From positions 3,747 to 67,746 of the forward strand of contig JAIPGG010000004.1 in the NCBI GenBank assembly GCA_021736255.1: DNA of 64,000 nucleotides, written 5' to 3'. Below, one piece after another: positions 34,293-42,808 of the stretch. Under the pieces are notes generated by a model that ran no database searches, was not told the DNA's origin, and saw only the letters and a program-made list of their open reading frames with translations. Position 1 is the first letter of the stretch. Every line of letters begins with the position of its first letter. Source of the stretch: Spirochaetales bacterium (GTDB lineage: Bacteria; Spirochaetota; Spirochaetia; JAIPGG01). The translations under genes and the position numbers were made by a program.

Positions 34293-36959
34293 TTACTTGT
34301 TGCTAACTGCAGACTGGGCAGCGGCAAGCCTTGCTATAGGAACCCTATAGGGGGAACAGGATACATAATTCATACCTGAGCGAAAGCAGAAATCGATGGA
34401 AGGGGGGTTGCCTCCATGTTCTCCGCATATTCCCATTTTAAGCCCATTTTTGACCGAACGCCCTTTTTCAATTGCCAATTCAATGAGTGAACCGACTCCC
34501 GTCTGATCGAGTTCGGCAAAGGGGTCCTTTGAATAAATGGCTTCAGTCTGATAGGTCGGCAGAAAACTCCCCATGTCGTCACGAGACATCCCCAGGGTCA
34601 TCTGCGTTAGATCATTCGTCCCGAAGGAAAAGAAATCAGCATGTTCGGCAATCTCTTCTGCAGTCAAAGCTGCACGCGGAACTTCAATCATCGTTCCAAC
34701 CTGGTATTTCACCTGTTTCCTCATCTTCCTGCGGTCGAGAACAGATTCCGCTACCTCGATTGCCTTGTCACGAAGAATCTCGAGCTCTCGGGCGCTGCCG
34801 ACAAGCGGTATCATGATCTCGGGAAACACCTTTGCTCCCGACTTTGCTACATCGCAGGCGGCAGTAATAATAGCTTCAACCTGCATGTCATAGATTTCAG
34901 GATAGGTGACTCCCAGACGGCATCCACGGTGACCGAGCATGGGATTCTGTTCACTCAATTCGGATGCCTTGGTTTTGATCTTATTCGCGCTTACGCCGCT
35001 GAAGGAAGCGAGATCATCAATCTCTTTCTTGCTCTTCGGTACGAATTCATGAAGAGGAGGATCGAGAAGCCGGATGTTTACCGGAAGGCCTTCCATAGCC
35101 TTGAAAATCCCCCGGAAATCCTTTTTTTGCAGCGGAAGCAGTTTCTTGAGCGCCTTCTTTCGCGATTCTATATCTTCAGCGACAATCATCTGTCGAAAGT
35201 ACAGTAATTTTTCGCCTTCAAAGAACATGTGCTCGGTTCTGCACAAACCGATTCCCTCGGCACCGAACACGCGAGCCTTCTTAGCATCTGCGGGGGTATC
35301 TGCATTTGTCCGGACAATAAAGCCTACCTGATCCGTGTTACTTCGTTTTGCTTTCTTTCTAATCTTGTCCGTCCATTCGAGAAAGGTCTTCAACTCACCG
35401 GAAATTTTCGGTTGAATCAGATCCATTCCTCCGCCGTATACATCGCCGGTGGTCCCATCGATGGTTATGTAATCGCCCTCTTTGTACTTCTTTTTCCCGA
35501 TAGTCATGGATTTGGATGCTATGGATACCGATTTTGCACCGACAACACAGGGAATACCCATTCCTCTCGCTACCACTGCTGCATGACTGGTCATGCCGCC
35601 GGTAGAGGTCAAAACACCCTGTGCGGCATGCATTCCCCCGATGTCCTCGGGAGAGGTTTCTTTTCGAACCAGAATAACCTTTTTGCCTTTTTCAGCCCAG
35701 CTTTCAGCCTCATCGGCAGTAAAGATGATCATCCCCGTAGCCGCCCCAGGCGATGCATTCAGCCCGCGGGTTAGCGGTGTATTGTTCTTCTTTCCCTTCG
35801 GGTCGATCATAGGATGGAAAATCTGGTCGAGCTGATCCGGAGTAACGCGGTTGATTGCCTCATCCTCTTTGATCAATTTTTCCTGAACCATATCCACTGC
35901 AACCTTGACCGCAGCAGCACCGGTTCTCTTTCCATTCCGGGTCTGGAGCAAAAACAGTTCTCCTTCCTGAATCGTGAACTCTATGTCCTGCATGTCGCGA
36001 TAGTGTGCTTCGAGCTTGTCTTTTATCTCTTCGAGCTGCTGGTAGATCTTCGGGTTCTTTTTCTTCAGTGTTGTCAATTTCATGGGAGTCCGGATACCGG
36101 CAACAACATCCTCTCCCTGTGCATTCATGAGGTACTCACCAAAAAAGATCTTCTTCCCGGTCGAAGGATCTCGAGAAAAACAGACCCCGGTACCGGAAGT
36201 ATCGCCGAAATTACCGTAAACCATACTCTGCACGTTCACAGCGGTACCCTTAAGGCCTTCGATGTCGTTGATTTTCCTGTATTTTATAGCTTTTGTATTA
36301 TTCCATGAACCGAAAACAGCATTAATAGCCATCCAGAGCTGTTTTTTGGGATCCTGAGGAAACGCTTGGCCGGTTTCCTTTTTATAAACAGCTTTATAAT
36401 CCTTGACCAGGTTTTTCAGATCTTCGATTCCAAGATCCGTATCCAGGTCATATTTCTTTTTCTTTTTAAGGGCTTCAATTTTTTCTTCGAAGGATTCATT
36501 GGGCACGCCTTTTACCACATTTCCGAACATGTGTATGAAACGCCGATACGCATCCCATGCAAACCGTTCGTTTTCGGTAATCCGAGCAAGCCCTTCCACT
36601 ACCTCTTCGTTGAGACCGAGATTGAGGATTGTATCCATCATCCCCGGCATAGAAACAGCAGCGCCGGACCGCACGGAAACAAGAAGGGGGTTATCCGGAT
36701 TACCGAATTCTTTATTGAGAACCTCTTCGACCTTCTTCAGATTATTTTCGACTTCTTCTTCGAGACCTGTCGGATATGTCTTATCATGATCATAAAACCA
36801 TTCACAAACTTCCGTAGAAATCGTAAAACCAGGCGGGACAGGAATACCGATGTTCGTCATTTCTGCAAGATTGGCCCCTTTGCCTCCCAAAAGGTCCTTC
36901 ATTGCTGACTTGCCGTCGGCCTTTCCCCGCCCAAAAAAATACACAAATTTTTGAGCCAT
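34293..36959 (-). CDS. ppdK: pyruvate, phosphate dikinase
   Basis: Start reassigned to MAQKFVYFFGRGKADG (RBS GGAGG). Phosphohistidine motif GGMTSHAAVVARG and a PEP-utilising C-terminal domain (GICGEHGG). Confidence 0.92.
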   Translation of the reverse strand: MAQKFVYFFGRGKADGKSAMKDLLGGKGANLAEMTNIGIPVPPGFTISTEVCEWFYDHDKTYPTGLEEEVENNLKKVEEVLNKEFGNPDNPLLVSVRSGAAVSMPGMMDTILNLGLNEEVVEGLARITENERFAWDAYRRFIHMFGNVVKGVPNESFEEKIEALKKKKKYDLDTDLGIEDLKNLVKDYKAVYKKETGQAFPQDPKKQLWMAINAVFGSWNNTKAIKYRKINDIEGLKGTAVNVQSMVYGNFGDTSGTGVCFSRDPSTGKKIFFGEYLMNAQGEDVVAGIRTPMKLTTLKKKNPKIYQQLEEIKDKLEAHYRDMQDIEFTIQEGELFLLQTRNGKRTGAAAVKVAVDMVQEKLIKEDEAINRVTPDQLDQIFHPMIDPKGKKNNTPLTRGLNASPGAATGMIIFTADEAESWAEKGKKVILVRKETSPEDIGGMHAAQGVLTSTGGMTSHAAVVARGMGIPCVVGAKSVSIASKSMTIGKKKYKEGDYITIDGTTGDVYGGGMDLIQPKISGELKTFLEWTDKIRKKAKRSNTDQVGFIVRTNADTPADAKKARVFGAEGIGLCRTEHMFFEGEKLLYFRQMIVAEDIESRKKALKKLLPLQKKDFRGIFKAMEGLPVNIRLLDPPLHEFVPKSKKEIDDLASFSGVSANKIKTKASELSEQNPMLGHRGCRLGVTYPEIYDMQVEAIITAACDVAKSGAKVFPEIMIPLVGSARELEILRDKAIEVAESVLDRRKMRKQVKYQVGTMIEVPRAALTAEEIAEHADFFSFGTNDLTQMTLGMSRDDMGSFLPTYQTEAIYSKDPFAELDQTGVGSLIELAIEKGRSVKNGLKMGICGEHGGNPPSIDFCFRSGMNYVSCSPYRVPIARLAAAQSAVSNK

Positions 36960-37004
36960 AACCGGAATATACCTCCATTCAAGGGATCGAATATTGTTGG
37001 AATA

Positions 37005-37058
37005 GGGAAAAACTAAAACAAACAGCACCTTCTGTCAACTCTGACGGCAAGGTGCTGT
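37005..37058 (-). terminator. Rho-independent terminator after the sigma-factor gene
   Basis: A 10-bp stem ACAGCACCTT/AAGGTGCTGT. On the minus strand it is followed by TTTGTTTTAGTTTTT. Confidence 0.6.
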
Positions 37059-37098
37059 CTGTTATCTGCATGATATTTCTGAAATAACGACCGGAAAC

Positions 37099-37986
37099 TC
37101 AGCCCATATAGGATTCGAGAAGCGCACTTCTCGACGGATGCTGCAACCGCTTGATTGCCTTTTTCTCTATCTGCCGTATTCTTTCCTTCGTGAGCTCATA
37201 ACGATCTCCGATTTCTTTGAGGGAAAGAGGGCTTCTTCCGTTCAAACCGAAACGATACTGTATGATCTCTGATTCCTTTTCGGTGAGCGAATCAAGTACC
37301 TGATTAATGTCTTCCCGCAAGGAGTTTCCGAGTACTCTTTGATCGGGCGATTCATACCCAAAATCCTCAACAAAATCACTGAGAACTGCTGAATCCTTCT
37401 CGGAATACATGGGGGTTTCCAGTGAAACCAGATCCCGGGATATGTTGATCAAGTCGGCTACATGTTTTTCATCCATGTTCAGCTCTTTTGCAATGTCGTC
37501 GACTTCCGGGTCGCCGTTTTTTTCTCGCTGGAGCTGTTTGCGGGCCTTATCGATTTGAACAAGCTCATTGGCGCGATTAAGCGGCAGCCGGATCATACGT
37601 GATTTTTCGCAAACTGCCTTGAGAATGGCCTGTCTGATCCACCACACGGCATACGAGATAAAGTGATACCCCTTGGTTACATCATAGCGCTCTATCGCGT
37701 TCATGAGGCCGATATTCCCTTCGCTTATAAGATCCGATAGAGGAAGGCCCTGATTCTGGTATTTCTTTGCAACGTTTACAACAAAACGGAGATTCGCCTG
37801 GACCAGCTTGTGTTTTGCAATTTCGTCACCTTCGGCCGCACGAGTAGCATATTCATTCTCTTCCTCTCTGCTCAAAAGAGGAATACGATTGATTTCTTTC
37901 AGATACATGGAAAGTACATTCTCATCATCTGCATTTTCCGTGTAGATTTCGTTCTGTTTACCTGTCTTTGTCTTTGTCTTCGTCAT
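37099..37986 (-). CDS. sigma-70 family RNA polymerase sigma factor, short group-2 (RpoS-like) type
   Basis: Start reassigned to MTKTKTKTGKQ (RBS GGGAGGAG), giving 295 aa. Region 2 (YHFISYAVWWIRQAI), region 3, and region 4.2 (ELTKERIRQIEKKAIKRL) are present. There is no long region 1.1. Confidence 0.85.
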   Translation of the reverse strand: MTKTKTKTGKQNEIYTENADDENVLSMYLKEINRIPLLSREEENEYATRAAEGDEIAKHKLVQANLRFVVNVAKKYQNQGLPLSDLISEGNIGLMNAIERYDVTKGYHFISYAVWWIRQAILKAVCEKSRMIRLPLNRANELVQIDKARKQLQREKNGDPEVDDIAKELNMDEKHVADLINISRDLVSLETPMYSEKDSAVLSDFVEDFGYESPDQRVLGNSLREDINQVLDSLTEKESEIIQYRFGLNGRSPLSLKEIGDRYELTKERIRQIEKKAIKRLQHPSRSALLESYMG

Positions 37987-38008
37987 AACTCCTCCCACTG
38001 GTATATAC

Positions 38009-38024
38009 TGCAAAGAGCATGCCA
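38009..38024 (-). promoter_or_regulatory. sigma-54 (-24/-12) promoter candidate
   Basis: The minus strand reads TGGCATG-CTCT-TTGCA, one mismatch from the consensus TGGCACG-N4-TTGCW. It ends 22 nt upstream of the sigma-factor ATG. Confidence 0.6.
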
Positions 38025-38066
38025 ACACCATCCGGAGGAACTCTGCTGTAAATTCTTATATTACAA

Positions 38067-38080
38067 TGATTTGCAAATCA
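38067..38080. promoter_or_regulatory. perfect 14-bp palindrome TGATTTGCAAATCA (candidate operator)
   Basis: The sequence is self-complementary as read. It lies about 45 bp upstream of the -24 element and overlaps a possible TTGATT -35 hexamer. Confidence 0.35.
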
Positions 38081-38158
38081 ATAGATAAAAGCCGGAATTC
38101 AAGAACTCCTGATTTGAGTTGTTTTGACACATTCTATATTCGCCTTTCCTAATTTGAG

Positions 38159-38926
38159 TCATTCTGCCCCACTCAAGAGCTCTTCAGGGGATGGAGTGCG
38201 CCCGCAGCAAAGGTAATTGGGCAGTCCGCTCCCGCAAGAGCACGGGGCGGTATAGTTTTGATAGTAACAGCCGCTTCTTCGAAGCGATTGAGGGAGCAGA
38301 TCCTGATAGAGCATCGTCGTTGTGGGAAAAATGATGGAATAACTCTGGAAATACTCGAGCTTTTCTATGGTCCCCATCAGTTCCAGCTCATTCGATTCAC
38401 AAATAGTCTGCCAGGCGTCCAGGATGAGCTCCCGGACCATATCTTGCTCTGCAAAAGTCCCGATTTTCCCACTGGGTTTGAGGGCCATGTAACGCTTCAG
38501 TTGAATCGAATAAAAGGCAACCCAGTCATCGAGTTCAGGGGTGCTCTGTCGCACCATTCCGTAATCATTGGTATACTTCTCCAACATCTCGGCGATGAAG
38601 GGAAAGTGATGATACCTTTCTGCGGAAATCCAGCTCCGAACGGCTCTGCCTACGGATCCGAGCTTTTGCAGTGCCAGACCGGTGTAGTACAGGATTCTCG
38701 AGACTTCCCGGGATAAATGTTCAGGACAGGTCCTCGAGGCGGCACGAAAGAGTTCCAGAGCTTCCTCGGTCTTGCCGTCTTCAAGAGCATCAAGCCCCAT
38801 GTCGAGGAAAATACTATGGGTAAAGAATTTTTCCGATCCCTCCATATCTGTAAAATAGCAAGAATACAGATCGCGGGCAACAATAGATTTTTCTTGACCC
38901 CTTTGCAGTTCAAACGTATATTTCAT
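38159..38926 (-). CDS. SEC-C metal-binding-motif protein with TPR-like helical region
   Basis: C-terminal CSCGSGLPNYLCCG (SEC-C motif). The start is ambiguous between 38926 (MKYTFEL) and 38950. Confidence 0.55.
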   Translation of the reverse strand: MKYTFELQRGQEKSIVARDLYSCYFTDMEGSEKFFTHSIFLDMGLDALEDGKTEEALELFRAASRTCPEHLSREVSRILYYTGLALQKLGSVGRAVRSWISAERYHHFPFIAEMLEKYTNDYGMVRQSTPELDDWVAFYSIQLKRYMALKPSGKIGTFAEQDMVRELILDAWQTICESNELELMGTIEKLEYFQSYSIIFPTTTMLYQDLLPQSLRRSGCYYQNYTAPCSCGSGLPNYLCCGRTPSPEELLSGAE

Positions 38927-38982
38927 ATCGAGAAAATACACATACAACAATACTCATTATGAATCATCGTAGGAGGATGAGA

Positions 38983-39246
38983 ATGAAGATCAATCCTATT
39001 GGAGACAGAGTCCTGGTAAAAATGCAGGAAGGAGAAACCAAAACTGCAGGTGGTATTTTCATTCCTGATACCGCCCAGGAAAAGACCCAGATCGGGGAAG
39101 TTATCGCAGTCGGAGATGATGAAGCGGTTACCGTAAAAATCGGTCAAAAGATCATCTATGACAAATATGCCGGTACTTCCATCAAGGTAGACGGTGATGA
39201 ACAGCTCATCCTGAATATGGATGATATACTGGCTGTAGTCGAATAA
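38983..39246 (+). CDS. groES: co-chaperonin GroES
   Basis: MKINPIGDRVLVKMQEGETKTAGGIFIPDTAQEK. AGGAGG lies 7 nt upstream. No groEL follows. Confidence 0.9.
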   Translation: MKINPIGDRVLVKMQEGETKTAGGIFIPDTAQEKTQIGEVIAVGDDEAVTVKIGQKIIYDKYAGTSIKVDGDEQLILNMDDILAVVE

Positions 39247-39288
39247 GCCGGGTATCCAAAGCTTATTTTCCTGTCACACGTTAATCAA

Positions 39289-39332
39289 CGGGAATACTTC
39301 CACAACAAACTGGAGGTGTTTCCGTTTTTTTT
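39289..39332 (+). terminator. Rho-independent terminator after groES
   Basis: Stem CGGGAATACTTCCA / TGGAGGTGTTTCCG (with G-U pairs) followed by T8. Confidence 0.7.
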
Positions 39333-39343
39333 CGTGTTATTCG

Positions 39344-41779
39344 TCATTCGAACAGAAAGTCTTCAATCGCTTCTGATACCTGAGCGGTATTCCCCCCTGC
39401 AGACCGGGTTTCCGGAACGGATTTAAGAAAGAGTTTTCCGTAGCCCTTGGTAGAGAGCCGGGGATCGAGTACTAAAACCACTCCCCGGTCCTCGTTCCCC
39501 CGAATCAGGCGTCCGAACCCCTGCCTAAAGCGCATCACAGCTTCCGGAAGAGAAAGATCCCGGAATCCGCTTTTCCCCTGAGCCTCCAGCCAACTGTAAC
39601 GAGCCCGGGCAACCGGGTGCGAGGGAACACGAAAGGGAAGCCGGGTCAGAACAACTATACTCAGTGATTCACCCGGCGCATCGACTCCCTCCCAAAACGA
39701 ACTCGTAGCAAGGAGCACGCTCGAAATATCGTCATGGAAACTCCTCAAAAGACGGGCGCGGTCCTGCTGTCCCTGACGAAGCACAGTAATTCCCAAGGGT
39801 TCGAGCCGGGTTTTTATACTCTGGTAGACATCGTTGAGGAGTTCATAAGAGGTAAACAGCACAAGGGCTCGCCCCTCCGTCAGTTCCATCATTTCCGGCA
39901 GAACGGTTTTCAGATATTCTCTCCATTCCGGGCTTCCTGTGGCTGGTATGTCCTCCGGCGAAGCAAGCAGGACCCTGTTCTTGTAATCAAAAGGGGACTG
40001 GAGAAGCAGGGTCCGCACCCCTTCGAGACGGTCCAGACCGACCCGTTTAAACCAGAAGGAAAAGGAAGAAGCCACCGTAAGCGTAGCGGAGGTAAAAACA
40101 GCGGCCGAAACCGGCTCATAGAGGGATTCCCGCATCAAGGGTGCAATATCAACAGGTGTCGCCGACCACCGGACCTGCGGACCTCCCTCGCCGAAAGAAA
40201 CCTGTTCGAGCCAGTAGATCGTCTGGTCATCTTCGTACCATCGATTCCAGGCCTCACATACGGAAGACCACTCTTCAACCCGGCGAAGATAAGCCCGGAG
40301 CTCGAGGACCTCCTGCTCCTCTTCGAGGGTAGCAGGACAGGCATCCAGAAGGGATGCAATTCGGTCAGCCGTTTCGATCAGAGAATTCGATAATACACCG
40401 ATAGCCGAAAGAATTTCATCCTGCTTTTCCTGCGGAAGAGCAGGTTCCATAAGCAGGTTCCGTTCACCGGCGAGAAGGTCTATTGTCCGAGCCAGGGCTC
40501 GCTCCGAAGATGTGCGAAGATTTTCAACCGAATCCACCACCCCGGCATATTCTTTTCCGAGTGAGCTCCCGGCCTTCCGAATGAAGCGGGGCAGAACCCC
40601 GCCCTTTCTTCTTTTCCTCTGGTGTATTAAGCGATTGCACAGCCCCTCGACTCCGGCAGGCATGACGGTGCGGGAAAAAAACGATGTAGCGCTCTCTTCG
40701 ATATTATGGGCTTCATCAAAAATGACTCTCCTGAAGGCCGGCAGAACCGCCGCTCCATCGAAATCTCCCCCGCCTAGACGAAGAGAAAGGTCTGCAAACA
40801 GGAGATGGTGATTCGTTACAAGAATTCGTGCTGAGGCAGCCTGCCTTCGTGCGTGGATGAAAAAGCATGTATCCCGATAGGGACAGCGCAGACCCAAGCA
40901 GCTTTCCCGCTCTGAGCGTACAAGGGACCAGATCCTGTCGGATACAGGTACAGGAAGACCGGACCTGCTGCCGTCTTGATCGTTTTCAGCCCACTCTTTC
41001 AGCATCTCTAATTGATCTGATTCATTTTCGAAGAGTTCCGGTTCCAGAAGGATGTCCTTCAACCTCCGGAGACAAAGATAATTCCCCCGGCCCTTTACCA
41101 GAACCGCCTGCAGACCGGAAGCGAGGTGCCTCTGCACAAGGGGAATATCCTTCTCTATGAGCTGCTGTTGGAGATTGATCGTCGCGGTAGAGATCACGAT
41201 CCGTTCATCATTCTTTTCCGCCCATACACAAGCCGGTACCAAGTAAGCCAGAGATTTCCCGACTCCCGTCCCCGCTTCGACTACCGAGAGCTCCTTTTGG
41301 TTGAACGCTTCGGCCACCCGGCGGAGCATCCGAACCTGCTCCTCCCGGGGTTCAAAACCTTCGATCTCTGCGGGGAAACGACCCCCGGCATCTATCAGAG
41401 AAGCAAGCTCATCCGGATTGATGGGAGTTATCGCACCTGCGGGGTGGGCCCGGGCAACAACCGTTACCTCCTCGATGGTATTGTTTACAAGATAAAATCC
41501 TACCCCCTGGTTCCCGATCCTCGAGGCCACCGCAAGGTCGGCCCTGCTCGGTTCGAGAATCCCCGATGGGTGATTATGGATTACCACATCGCCTCGTTCC
41601 ATGTGCGGCTCGAGGGCCGGAACCATGTCTGTTGAACCGCGGGCAGCCTTTTCCACCCCGTTAACCCGGCCCTCTTCATCCAGCCTGCCCACCCAGAGGA
41701 TCTCGTTTCCGTTTTCATCGGAGACGTTCGCTCTCATCTCGAGGAGTACTTCCGATGCAAACCATTTTTCTATCGACAT
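39344..41779 (-). CDS. DinG/XPD-family Fe-S DNA helicase with N-terminal JAB/MPN (RadC-like) domain
   Basis: The N-terminal 115 aa carry an intact JAMM motif, HNHPSGILEPSRAD. Helicase motif I is AGTGVGKSLAY, with a Cys cluster (CLRRL...CLGLRCPYRDTC) and a DEAH box (FDEAHN). Confidence 0.85.
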   Translation of the reverse strand: MSIEKWFASEVLLEMRANVSDENGNEILWVGRLDEEGRVNGVEKAARGSTDMVPALEPHMERGDVVIHNHPSGILEPSRADLAVASRIGNQGVGFYLVNNTIEEVTVVARAHPAGAITPINPDELASLIDAGGRFPAEIEGFEPREEQVRMLRRVAEAFNQKELSVVEAGTGVGKSLAYLVPACVWAEKNDERIVISTATINLQQQLIEKDIPLVQRHLASGLQAVLVKGRGNYLCLRRLKDILLEPELFENESDQLEMLKEWAENDQDGSRSGLPVPVSDRIWSLVRSERESCLGLRCPYRDTCFFIHARRQAASARILVTNHHLLFADLSLRLGGGDFDGAAVLPAFRRVIFDEAHNIEESATSFFSRTVMPAGVEGLCNRLIHQRKRRKGGVLPRFIRKAGSSLGKEYAGVVDSVENLRTSSERALARTIDLLAGERNLLMEPALPQEKQDEILSAIGVLSNSLIETADRIASLLDACPATLEEEQEVLELRAYLRRVEEWSSVCEAWNRWYEDDQTIYWLEQVSFGEGGPQVRWSATPVDIAPLMRESLYEPVSAAVFTSATLTVASSFSFWFKRVGLDRLEGVRTLLLQSPFDYKNRVLLASPEDIPATGSPEWREYLKTVLPEMMELTEGRALVLFTSYELLNDVYQSIKTRLEPLGITVLRQGQQDRARLLRSFHDDISSVLLATSSFWEGVDAPGESLSIVVLTRLPFRVPSHPVARARYSWLEAQGKSGFRDLSLPEAVMRFRQGFGRLIRGNEDRGVVLVLDPRLSTKGYGKLFLKSVPETRSAGGNTAQVSEAIEDFLFE

Positions 41780-41798
41780 CAGTTCTTAGTAATAAAGA

Positions 41799-42608
41799 TC
41801 ACGATCGCCCCAAAGATCCGGCTAGTCCGGTGACTATTCCCGTCATTTCCTGTTTTACACTCTTGCCTGCAGCAACGACCTCTTCATGGTTCAGCGGCTG
41901 ATCACTGATCCCCGCTGCATAGTTTGTAACGGTGGAAATCCCGAGCACTCGCATACCGAGATATGCAGCGACAATGGCCTCTGGAACAGTGGACATCCCG
42001 ACCATATCGGCACCGAGGGTTTTGAGCATCCGGACCTCCGCCGGTGTTTCATAGCTAGGCCCAATCATGGCTGCATAAACGCCCCGCTTCATCTGTTTTC
42101 CTGCAGCCTTATCCGCTTCCTCCATTAAACCAGGATCGTACACGCTGCTCATATCCGGAAACCTCGGACCGAGCTGCTCATCGTTGGGTCCCCAAAGCGG
42201 ATTCGCCCCGAGCATGTTTATATGATCGGAAATGACAACCAGGTCGCCGGGAACAAGATGATCGCCAATTCCACCCGAAGCGTTTGTAAGGATCAGGATC
42301 TCAACCCCCAATCCCTGCAAAAGAAGAACAGGGAGTACGAGATTCGAAAGACTATTTCCCTCATAATAATGGAATCGGCCCCCCATAACAGCAATAGTAT
42401 CGTTGACCTTTAAAACCCCTACATGCCCGACTACGCCGATTTGAGGAAAATCTTCAATTTCTTTATAGGAAATCTTTTCTCCTGTGAAGGCATCAGCGAT
42501 CGAGGCCAGCCCTGAACCGAGGATGATTCCGACCCGGGGACGGGCGGAAGAAACCTTTCTTACCGAAGCCACTGCCTTGTCGCGGCGTTCACGAATATTT
42601 GCGTCCAT
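41799..42608 (-). CDS. purine nucleoside phosphorylase (PNP/MTAP family, PunA-like)
   Basis: RPRVGIILGSGL, VMGGRFHYYEG, and GPSYETPAE...GADMVGMSTVPE. Confidence 0.85.
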   Translation of the reverse strand: MDANIRERRDKAVASVRKVSSARPRVGIILGSGLASIADAFTGEKISYKEIEDFPQIGVVGHVGVLKVNDTIAVMGGRFHYYEGNSLSNLVLPVLLLQGLGVEILILTNASGGIGDHLVPGDLVVISDHINMLGANPLWGPNDEQLGPRFPDMSSVYDPGLMEEADKAAGKQMKRGVYAAMIGPSYETPAEVRMLKTLGADMVGMSTVPEAIVAAYLGMRVLGISTVTNYAAGISDQPLNHEEVVAAGKSVKQEMTGIVTGLAGSLGRS

Positions 42609-42808
42609 ACTCCCTCCTTTTGTATCTATACAGTATTATTCCTATCATAGATTACCATACGTGGTCACCGCCGCAAATTCACCCCTTTCCGGCAACCGAC
42701 CGTAAAGTCGGAATAGGTTCGTAAACCTGAATCCCGGAACTTGACACAAGGAGAATGGTGTGGTAGCACTAGCCGCTGGACATAAAATATTCTTTTTTGG
42801 AGACAGAC

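Noticed and set aside
42609-42808. A possible lysine riboswitch or T-box leader upstream of asd-lysC
   Set aside because: The 190-nt spacer is long enough, but I could not find the conserved L-box core elements or a terminator/antiterminator pair. It would need a covariance-model scan to settle.
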